A DNA stretch of 55,571 nt, counting the filler, from Bipalium vagum (taxonomy: Eukaryota): NCBI GenBank assembly GCA_037834085.1. It is 3 parts of 3 records of this genome, joined end to end, with 100 filler letters (N's around TTAATTAATTAA, not from the genome) between each part and the next. Parts side by side here need not be neighbours in the genome. Positions count along the whole stretch, not along the records: positions 1 to 16,514 come from JBBMKC010107319.1; 2 more parts are not named here. The stretch is one strand, 5' to 3'. Shown here piece after piece: positions 1 through 11,600 of this stretch (position 1 is the stretch's first letter; each line of letters begins with the position of its first letter). Both the position numbers and the translations under genes were made by a program. The notes beneath the pieces were generated by a model. It did not search any database. It saw nothing but the letters and a program-made list of their open reading frames with translations, and was not told the DNA's origin.

Positions 1-599
1 TTACTAGTTTTCTATTAATGGTAACTTGATGTTACCATAATATTATTTTTCTTTAAAATATAATTTATAAGTAAATACATAAAAAATAAATGAATGAATA
101 TAATCACTACTAATACTAATACATGTTAATACTATATCTTATCTTATTTATTAATCCTAATATTCATATATGTCATTATTATACCTTTATTATGCTATTT
201 CATTTCCTTTTGTTTATTATTTATTATTATTATTTAATTATCGTTTTATTTTTAATATTTTATTAATCAGTCAAAATCGATTTTTCTTTTAATACATGTA
301 TTATATCGAATAAAAAGGCAATACAATGCCACGAATAAAAGTAATACAATAATACAACATTAAGGATCACTACAGGATGTCAAATGTTTCAGTTAAAGAA
401 TCACAAATATATAGAAAGGATGTCACATGTTTCAATTCACTAATCACCTGGAGGGATTGGGACTGACGGAACCGATGGTGATGGTTTTGATAGATTGGTT
501 GGATTCGGTCGTAGTCTCCACAACTATACTGACAAAATTTATTTATTTTCTTGTAAAAAATAAATGAAATAACATTTATTTAGACAATTTTTATTACAA

Positions 600-800
600 A
601 AATGAAGTTTTTTTCTCAAATACATTTGGGTACAATTTAATCTTCTTCTTGAATGCAAATAACCTGTTATTGAAAAATCTTTCAGAGTTTCTATAGGTTG
701 CAGGAACAGACAGCACTTAGATACTTTTCTTAAAAATTAAGGAAAATACTTCGTTTTTAATCCATAAAAATTTTCATCAAAATTTCCCGTTGAACAATTT
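600..800 (-). mobile_element. Decayed hAT-superfamily transposase C-terminal (dimerisation domain) fragment
   Basis: Minus strand reads KYLS..LSVPATYRNSERFFNN across frameshifts, matching the hAT dimerisation motif L-S-x-P-A-T-S-x-x-S-E-R-x-F-S. Boundaries approximate. Confidence 0.5.
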
Positions 801-1590
801 CTAAAACCAAATTAATCTCTTTGGTCAAAGGCTATTCTTTCAAGAATATATCAGGTTTCTCAAATTTCCTATTTTTTGCATTAGACTCAATAGATTCTTG
901 TTTTGATGTTTGATATCTAGTGTAAGCTGTTTAATAATAAATTGATCATTTTAAAAAAATCTTGATAATCTTCTTGGTGATGGGCCAGATGCCTTTTAAG
1001 TGCTGTATTGTGCTTGTCTTTAGGTCAAAATGTTATCTATTATATCATTTTTAGAAAATTAAATAAGAAATATATATGTTCGCTTACGGTTAATAAATTG
1101 AAAATCAAGAATAATATTACTGTAATTCTAACTGATTAAGTCTAAGTCATGACCTATATTAAAATTACAATTAGGTCGGTATTTGACCGACTTACATCAT
1201 TGGTGATAATAAATGTAGAAAATAGAATAAAAGAAAAGGATAGATATGATTCTTCGTCAATTCTCATGACAGGAAATATTTGAACATTAAAAATTTGAAT
1301 TTGAAGATGTTTAAAAATTTTAAAAAATCTTAAATGAAATGGTAATATTAAAAAAACGTGTTAGGTTTTTAAAACGCACAAACCCTAAAGATCGTGAGTG
1401 ATAATAATAATAATAAAACTACTAATAATTATTAAAAATGTTCTTTTACTATAATAAAATAATATTTATAATAATAATTTATCAAAATCTTGCAGTCGAG
1501 ATAATGATATATTTATATAAATCAATTAATATTACAAAAATAAAATATTATTATTTATTATAAATTATTATTTTTTTACTAACTTTACTA

Positions 1591-2200
1591 AACTTTATCT
1601 CGGCGTGAAGATAAAGTTAGAATTTATTGGCTATTAGTGAAAATAACCGTCTACGGCTATTTAGAAAGACGCTATCTCCAGAAATTTGACCAAGATATTG
1701 AAGTTGAACTCTGAGAGAGCATTTTCAATTCAATTCAAGTTCGAGGAAAGATTAATGGATGAGCAATTCAAGAAGATTTTATCCATAATTTTTATTTTAT
1801 TGATGACTAAGCAAAAGGATTTCGCAATGGGATCCAGGGATCTTGAGAATCATCAGGTGACCTGCAAATGACCAGATACACACTGTCGCTCCGGGTGAGA
1901 ATATTTTTGATTTTTCTTGTTTTTCATTTCTCTTACATTTTATTCTAATTTTATTTTGTTTTAATTACATTAAAATTTGTTTTAATCATATATTGTTTCA
2001 TTGTTCATTTGTGTTTTATTATTAACTTGATGATTATTAACATTGATTTTTGATTATTGGGAATCGATTATAAACCTTATTCAGACATTTAATCAGTTTT
2101 AATTCTTTGAATTTTCAGAAATTTTATTTTGATTGGTGTTACTGCATGTGATTTTGTTTTAAGAATAATAAAGTTTTATTGTGATTGTTTTGATTCAATT
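1591..2200 (+). repeat. Decayed copy (A) of an LTR-like interspersed repeat, homologous to 15325-15851 in opposite orientation
   Basis: Collinear shared blocks with the reverse complement of 15325-15851: tatctcggcgtg.agata; ctacg.ctat...agacg.ctat; ggattt.gcaa.ggga.ccag.ga.cttg.gaa; tgtcgctc..ggtgaga, then a T-rich tail. Right boundary approximate. Confidence 0.6.
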
Positions 2201-2697
2201 TGGGGTGTAAATAGAGCTAAGGCTTTATTTTGGAAGTTTAAATTTATGTAGCTGTAAAAGTAAAACAAGCACAACATTAGAAAGTGAAAAGTTTGTGGTG
2301 ACAAACTAAAGTTACATATTTCGATTAAGGAAAATAGTAAAAAATGAATTTTCATTTTTAAGGATAAAATAAATTATTTTTAATTTTATTAACAATTACT
2401 TTGAATAAAATATTCATATTTTTTGACTTTTAAAAGTAAATGTTAAATTTATTTTATAAAAAGCCTTAAGTAGCATAAACATTGTTATTTTAAAAAATTC
2501 AAAATGTCTTGTTATTTTTTTTATATTTTTGTTTATAATTGAGAAAGTTAATTATCATATTTAATGATCTGATATCGTTCCTCTATTAGTAAAACTTTAC
2601 AATTGTTCAAAGAGAGAGGTGGAGTTAATTTTAAAAAATTAAAAATCATCAATTATTATAGGAAAATTTTGAAAAATATTTGTTTTTGAATTTAGAA

Positions 2698-5600
2698 ATG
2701 GAAAAATTTATTATTAGAGATCATCCAAATAATCAATTGGATAATACTAAAACTGAAGAACTATTGGATTTTGTTGAGGGAGAAATGACTTTTGCAATAT
2801 TGAAACCTAATATCATAAAGAATAATATAATGGGAAAAGTATTAGACCGGTTGAAAGAAGAACATCTTGATATAGTCAAACAAGAAATTAGGAATCTTAC
2901 AAAACAAGAAGTTTTACAATTATGTCATAATTATGAAAAAAATAAAGATGAAATGGTTCAACAAATGACTTCTGGCAAGTGTTGCATTATTGCTTTGAAA
3001 TCAGAATTTTCCAATCCCGTTTTACATTTGAAAGAATTGACAGATCCAACAGATACGGGAATTCAAAAAAATACCGAGGAAAATAATAAGAGAATGAATG
3101 AGATAAAAGATTTGCAAAATAAATATTCGTCTGCTTCTGGGATTTCATCGATTAATTCAATTAATTTATCTCCCGAGTCATTGTCTAAAAGACTTGATAA
3201 AATAATGGATTCTGATAATAAATCTATAAGTAATCCAGATAATGTCAAATCAATTTTTGAAATTTATGATTTAAGAAATAAAATTAATGAGGCTGAAGCA
3301 AATAATGAAATTATAAAATGTATCTGGATCACGTTTCCTGAATTGGAAATTAAAAAATCCGAAAAAGGCATAAATTTTCAGTCAAAAACAATTCTTAACC
3401 CAGACATTTTAAAATCTATCTCTATACCGGAACAATATCAAAAACCAATTGGTTTATTTCAATCAAATAATGAAACATTAAATGAAATATGGATAAAGTT
3501 TCCTGAATTAATTTTGAAAAAGTCACATAAAGGAAAAGATTCTGAGTTAACAGTCTTAGCGAATCCAGGAAATCTCCAAAAGATCTATAATAATGTTATA
3601 TTTCAAAAAGGAATTATTACAAAAAAATACTATGGTGAATCTTTCAAATCGATTTTTATAAATCCTCCGAAATTGGTTTTCAAAAAAAAAGATGAAGCCA
3701 ATAATTTTGATACTATAGAAATATTTAATTTGGATAGTCTAAGAGCAATTTTTGGAATGCAGGAATTTCAAGAACAACTTCATTCGGCTGAAACAAGAGG
3801 TGAAATTTTAAAATCTATTTGGATAAATTTTCCTGATGATTTGAAGTCAAATGGGTTGGTGGATTATGATTCCATGAAAGCCTTTAATCAAGATAGTTTA
3901 AGAATACTTTGTAAAATGAAAGAATTTCAAAATGAAGTCAGTTCCTCTGAATTACAAATTGGATCTCTAAAATCAATTTACATAATATTTCCTGTTATGA
4001 TGTTTAAAAAGAATATTGACAATAAAAGTGATTCTGAAACAAGTATCACACTTAATTCCAGTAGTTTAAAAGCTATTTACAGAATGGAAGAATTTCAAAA
4101 AGAAGTAAGTTCTCAGGTGGAGTCCTTAAAATCAGTTTCTTTAACTTTTCCTGAATTGATATTCAAAAACTCCGAACAGTCAAAAGAATCTGTAAAATCA
4201 TTTCTAGTAAGTCCAAGTAATTTAAATTCTATATATGGATCACAGGAATTTCAAAGTATAACCAATTCAGTCTTATCACAAGCGGAATCAATAAAATCTA
4301 TACAAATAACGTTACCTCAACTGATACTGAAAAGTGTTGAAAAAACAGAACAAACAGAAATTAAATTTATAATAAACCCAGATTTTTTAAGTAATATATA
4401 TAGGGCATCTGATTTCCAAAAGAAAATCAAATCAGCTGCTTCACGTGGTGAGATATTAAACTCTATTTGTATGACATTTCCTGAAATGGTATTCAAAAAA
4501 GCGGGCAAGTTTAAAGATTCCAATATTAAAGCTGCTCTTAATCCAATTATTCTAAAAACGTTATATGAAACTAAAGAATTTCAAAAGGCAATTTATTCAA
4601 TTGATTCTTTGAAGTCGATATTTAAAACTTTTTCTAATAAAACAAAGACACCTGAGAAAATTAAAAAATCAGATATTAAAACACTAATTAAGGAAAAGAA
4701 AGTTATCAATGAGAATGTGAAATCAGTGTTTATTACATTTCCGAATTTGGTTATCAAAAAATCTGACGGAGTCAAGGAATCGGAAACTGAAATCACTCTT
4801 AACCCAGAAATTTTACGAACAATATACGGAATGAAAGAATTACAAAAAGAAATTCATTCAATTAATTCGAAGGATGAGATCCTGAGATGTGTTTCTATAA
4901 ATTTTCCTACATTGGAATTACATACATCTGATAATTCTAAGAAATCTGAAACTAGAGTTATTGTTAACATGGGAATTCTGAAACAAATTTATGAAATGCA
5001 GGAAATTCAAAAAAGAATGTTATTAGCTAAATCACGTAGAGAGTCTTTCAAATCTATTTACTTGCCTTTTCCTAAATTGGAATTTTATAAATTTGAAAGT
5101 TCCAAAGATTTGATTACTAAAACCATAACTAATCAAAATGGTTTAAGATCAATTTATGGAATACAAGAATTTCAAGAAAAAATTCATTCTATTCAAACAT
5201 CAGATAACGCTGTGAAATCTGTTTTGATAACATTTCATGATGACTCGAACACCACAAGATCTTTGGATTTTGATCATCAACAAGCTATGAAGCAAGACTG
5301 CTTAAAAGAACTTTGCAATATAAAGGAATTTCCTAAAGAAGAAAATTCATTAGAGCCTAAAGTTGAATATTTAAGATCAATTAATGTAAAATTTCCTGAA
5401 ATGTTGTTTAAAAATCCATATAGAAATATTGATTCACGGTCAAAGGTTGCACTTAACTCTAAAAGCTTGAAATTAATTTACAGAATCGAAGAAGTTCAGA
5501 AAGCAATCCATTCTATGGAATCTAAGGGACAATCTTTAGAATCTATTTCGATAACATTTCCGGAATTAGTGATAAAAAAGTCATACCAGAATAAGGAGTA

Positions 5601-8600
5601 TGAAACTAAAATCATATTTAATCCTAATTATTTAACGAGAATTTCCGAAACAATTGAAATCCAAAATGAAATAAATCGGGTTAATTCTAATGGTCAGCAT
5701 TTGAAATCTATTCTTGTAACATTTCCTCAATTGGGTTTCAATATTAACAATTCAGAAAATAAAACAATGCTTAATCCACATATTTTAGAAGACATTTTTG
5801 TGACCAAAGAATTTCAGAAAGAAATGTTTTTAGCTAAGTCACGAGATGAGTCTCTGAAATCGATCTTGATAATTTTTCCTGAGTTAGTTTTCATGAAAGA
5901 TGGAGTGTCTAGTGGTTCGGAAATTAAATTTTATATTAATCCCCGTATCCTAAGATCAGTATACGAAATTCAAGATTATCATAAAATTATTGATATATCT
6001 CTAACAAGTAGTAAATTACTGAAAGCAATGTGGATAACGTTTCCAGAATTAATATCAAGAACAAATAAAGATTCCGAGAAAAAAGTTATTCTTAATCCAG
6101 ATTATTTGAAATCGATTTATGTAATGCAAGATTTCAAAAAATTAATTAGTTCAATGGAAATTCACGGAAAATCATTGAAATCGATGTATATAAATTTTCC
6201 TAAATTGGTTTTAGAGTCGTATGATCTAGAAAAAAATTATGAAGAAATAGCCATACAGAATCCGGATAAATTGCAAACTATTTATGACATGGAAGACTTT
6301 CAAAATGGAATCATTTCAGCAAAATCACGCGGAGAGTCTCTTAAATCCATTTGTGTACATTTTCCGAAATTGGAGTATTGTAAATCTGGCCAATTCAGAA
6401 GTTCAGTTACTAAGCTAATAATTTGTCAAAATAGTTTAAGATTAATTTATGAAATGCAGGAATTTCAAGAAAAGCTTTATTCAGCAAAAGTAAGAGGTGA
6501 AGTTTTAAAATCTGTTTTGATAACATTCCCTCATAGTCCAAATAAAATTAGATCTTTGGATCTTGATCTTAAACAGGCCATTAAGCAAGATAGCTTAAAA
6601 GAAGTTTACAAAATGCAAGAATTCAAAAACGCTATTAATTCTTCTAAATTACAAGCGGAAGATTTACATTCTATTTTAATAACTTTTCCGGAAATGGAGT
6701 TCAAGAAAACTGATGATCTCATTAATTTTGATAACAAAGTTGTGCTCAATCCAGACTATTTAAAAGAAGTATTTAAAATGGAAAAATTTCATGAAAACAT
6801 CATTTTAGCTGAATCTCGAGGTGAAACCATAAAATCTATTTCAATAAACTTTCCTGAAATGATTTTAAAAAGGTTTAATCAAGATCAAAATGATGAGACC
6901 AAAGTTGCTCTTGATCCAGATAGCTTAAGAGCAGTTTATGGCATGAAAAACTTTCAAAACAGAATTAACTCAATTGAAGCAAAAGATGAATCTTTAAAGT
7001 CATATTTGATAAAGCTATCGGAAATTGGGTTCGTAGGGAAAAACAAAAACGGCGATTTTGTGTCTAATGTAATTGTTAATCCGGAAAGTTTACGAACACT
7101 TTATTTAATGCCCGAACTTCGACAGACAATCCATTCAGCTGAATCATGTGGTAAAGCTTTGAAGTCGATTTGGATACTTTTTCCTGAAATGGTTTTTCAG
7201 AAAAATGATGGAGATCAACATTCTGAAAATAAAGTTACATTAGGGCCAGATTTTTTGAAAGCAGTGCTTGAAATGCAAGAATTTCGTAACGGAATTAACT
7301 CAATTGGCTCAAATAATGAGTGTTTAAGATCAATTAATATAACATTTCCACAATTGGTATTGATAAAATCAAACGAGATTAAGGAATATGAAACTAAAGT
7401 TCTACTTAGATCAGAAAATTTACAAAATATTTATGAAATGCAGAAATTTCAAAAAGAAATAAAATCAATTGAATCGAGCGGTGATAGAATTAAGTCAGTT
7501 TTGATAACGCTTCCTGAACTGATAATTGAGGAAGTCACAAAAGGCAAGAATTCTGATATCAAGTTCATACTGAATCCAGACGATTGTAAAAAAATTTACG
7601 ATATGCCAGATTTTCAAAAAGAAATTATCTCAGCTGAATCCCGCTGTGAAACACTAAAAGCCATTTTAATCAATTTTCCCAAAATAAAATTTAAAAACTT
7701 TGATCAAGAAAAAGATATCTTGACTAATTACATTGTTCATCCTGGTAGCTTAAGGAAATTGTACGAAATGGAAGAATTTCAAGAACAAGTTTATTTAGCT
7801 AAATCACGAGGTGAAGTTTTAAAATCGATTTTGATAACTGTTCCTGATGAGCCGAAGTTCAAACGATCTGTGGATCTTAATCTAAAACAAGAAATTAAAT
7901 ACGATAGTTTAAAAGTATACGGAATGCATGAATTTCAGAAGGCAATCAATTCATCGAAATCACTTTTATCTTTATCATATTTTATCCATATAAAATTTCC
8001 AGAAATGAAATTCAAAAAGAATGGTGACCTCAAAGATTCTGATACTAAAGTCATTCTTAATTCGGATTGCTTGAAAGAAATATACAAACTACCAGAGTTT
8101 CAAAATATGATTAATGTAGATTCATCTGTTAACGATTCTTCTAAATCTGTTTTGATAACCTTTCCTGAATTATCAATAAAAATGACTAACCAGGTTAATG
8201 ATTCTGATAAAATAATAACCTTTAATCCAAATAATTTGAGAAAAATTTCCGGATTTCAGGAATTAATAAAAGCTTTTCTTTCAGCTGAATCAAACGGAGA
8301 ATCTTTCAAATCAATTAACATAAAATTTCCTAAATTAATAATCACAAAAACCGAAGGATCTAAAGATTACGAAACTACGGTTGTTCTTAATCTGGATAGC
8401 ATAAGATCAATATATGAATCAGATGAATTTGAAAATTTGTCACTTGAATCGTTAAAATCAATTTCCATAAGATTTCCTGAATTGATTATAAAAAAGAGTA
8501 ATAAAGAAAAGTCAGTAGAGAAAAGAATTATTCTTAATCCAGAAAGCTTAGAGAAAATTTACGAATTACAAGAATTTCATGAAAAAATCAATTCACCTGA

Positions 8601-11600
8601 GTCTAGAGGTCAACTTTTGAAATCAATTTGTGTGAATTTTCCTGAACTGGTTATTAACTTTTCTGCCGATGACAAGGAAAGTGAAATTAAAATAATTCTT
8701 AGTTCAGAGGAGTTTACAGCCATATACGGAATGCCAGAATTTCAAAAGGAAATTTTTTTTGTGGAATTAAAGGGTGAGTCTTTGGAATCAGTTTCTGTAA
8801 GTTTTCCTACATTGATATTGCAAACATCTAATTCCAAAAAGGAGTTTGAAACTAAAGTAATACGTAACATGGGGATTTTGAAACAAATCTATGAAATGCA
8901 TGAATTACGAAAAGGACTTTTATCAGCAAAATCACGTGGAGAGTCTCTCAAATGTATTTTAGTGCCCTTTCCAATTTTGGAGTTCTATGAATCTGATAGA
9001 TCCAAAGGTTCGATTACTAAAGCCATAACTAGTCAATGTAGTTTAAGATCAATTTACAAAATGCAGGAATTTCAAGAAAAAAGTTTTTCAGTTGAAACCC
9101 AGGGTAAAGCTTTAAAATATACTTTGATTACAAATCAGGATAATTTAAAGTTTAAGGAACCTTTGAATTCTGATCTGAACAAATTAATTAGTGAAGATAG
9201 TTTAAAAATAATTTGCAAAATAAATGAATTTCAAAAAGATATGAATTCTTCTAGACTTCCTATCGAATCTGTAAAATCAATTATAATTACGTTTCCTGAA
9301 ATGATTTTTAAAAATATTGATACAAAAGCTGAATCCGAGACAAAGGTCATACTTAATTCTAATATCTTAAAGGTCATTTGTGGAATACCAGAATTTCAAA
9401 GCTTAGTGGACTCAATTGAATCACGGGGTGGAAAGCTAAAATCAATTTCTATAACGTTTCCAGAATTGGTGATAAAAAAGTCTAAAGAATTTGAAACTGA
9501 AATCACAATTAGTCCAGATGTTTTAAGTACAATTTGCGAAAATCAAGATTTTCAAAGTATTGTTAATTTAATTGAATCTCAGAGTGAGTGCCTAAAATCA
9601 ATTATGGTAAGGTTTCCTGAATTGATAATCAAAAAGTCCAATCAACGCAAGGAAGAAACTGAAACTAAAGTTATTCTTAACCCAAATAGTTTCAAAAATA
9701 TTTATGCATTGCAAGATTTTCGAAATGAAATTAATACAATTGAATCTGAAGTTGAATGTTTGAAATCATTTTTGATAAAGTTTCCTAAAATGAGTTTTAA
9801 CAAATTTAATCTTGAGAAGAGTGAAAATGCAAAGGTCATAATTAATCCAAGTACTTTGACAGGCATTTATAAATCAAAAGAGTTCCAAAAAACATTAATT
9901 TCAATCCAATCTAACAACGGGTCCTTAAAATCAACTTTATTAACTTTTCCTGTCATAAAGTTAAAAAAGTTGAAACAATCAAAGGATTCTGAATTAAAAA
10001 TCATTATTAACCCAAATAATTTAAAAGAACTTTATGAAATGAACGAATTGCAGAAAGAAAAATTTTTGATAGAATTTCGGGGTGAATCTATAAAATCCAT
10101 ATTGGTAAATTTTCCTACAATAACGTTGAAAAAAACAGATCAATCAAACGACTCTGAAACCAAAGCTATCCTTAATGCACAAAGCTTGAAAAAAATCTAT
10201 GAAATGCAAACTTTTCAAAAGGGAATTTATTCTGCTGAATTGCGCGGTGAGTTTCTTAAATCAATTATTATTAATTTACCAAAATTGATGTACAAAAATA
10301 ATAATAACACAGATAGCTCTCTAATTACAAATATAATTAAACTGAGAAGTTTAAAATCTATTTACGAAATGCAAGAATTTCAAGAAAAAATTATTTCAGC
10401 TGAATTAAGTGGTGAAACCTTGGACTTTGTTTTGATAACTGTTCCTGGAAATCAGGATTACATGGGATCTTTGGATAGTAAGGAAGATAGCTTAAAAGGA
10501 GCTTGCAAAATTAAAGAATTTCAAAAGATAATGAATTCATTTGAATCAAAAAATGGACAATTTGAATCTATCAATGTATCTTTCCCTGAATTAGTTTTCA
10601 AAAAATCTAACTATGAAAATGATACCGAGACTAAAGTTTCACTTAATCCAAATAGTTTAAGAGAAATTTATGGTATGCAGGTATTTCAAAACGCAATTAT
10701 TTCATCCGAAAATGGAGGAGAATCTTTAAAATCTCTTTGTATAACGTTTCCGGAAATTATTCTAAAGAAATCAAACAATGGTAAAGAATCTGAGTCCAGA
10801 ATTTTACTAAACCCAGAAAGTATAAAAGATATTTATGAATTACAAGAATTTCAAGAAGCAATTTATTTAGCAGAGGCAGAAAATATGTCCATAAAATCAA
10901 TCTATATAAATTATCCTCAACTTACTTATAAGAAGACCAATGACTTCAGCAATCAGCAGAAAATTATTATTTTGAATCCAGATAGCCTAAGATCAATTTA
11001 TGAAATACAAGATTATCATAATCAAATTGACTTGGCCAAATCTCGTGGCGAATCCTTAAAATCAATAAATTTTAATTTTCCTAAGCTTGAGTTTAAAAAG
11101 ATTGATCAATCTGTGTACCCTGAATCTACGGGGATGCAAATATCAGATAATTTAAGACCAGTTTTTTTAATGCAGAGTTTACCAAATGGAATTCAGTCAG
11201 CTGATTCTCGCAGCGAGGCTCTCAAATCAATAAACCTTACTTTTCCTGATTTGGTGGTTAAAAAAGAGAATCAATCCATAGAATCTGAGACTACAGTTAT
11301 TCTGATCCCAGAAACAATATATCCTGATGAGAAAAATTCGTTTGTTAATCAATTCAAGACCGCTGGTCTTAAGATTGTCAATCAGGTCAATATACCAATC
11401 TTAAAAAATGATATAAATTTTTTATATTCAGATTTGAGCTTTAAAAAAAATGTGAGTGATGAAAAAATTAAAGAGCTTCAAAATTCTAATTTTGATATTT
11501 TCATGGTCAAAGGAAATAATTGTGTAAAAATAGTAAATTGTATGTTAGAAGTAAATTTTCCAGAAAGCATAAATAGAGAGTACAGCAAATTACTTGACAG

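Noticed and set aside
1686-1871. 61-aa ORF as an upstream (thioredoxin) exon
   Set aside because: No WCxxC or Trx-like sequence; it lies within the LTR-like repeat.
3063-4796. Short antisense ORFs (3063-3248, 4317-4523, 4593-4796)
   Set aside because: Shadow ORFs opposite the giant CDS, with no motifs.
3232-11310. CRISPR-like or non-coding repeat array
   Set aside because: The repeats are codon-degenerate, in frame and conserved at protein level. There is no identical repeat/unique spacer structure and the context is eukaryotic.
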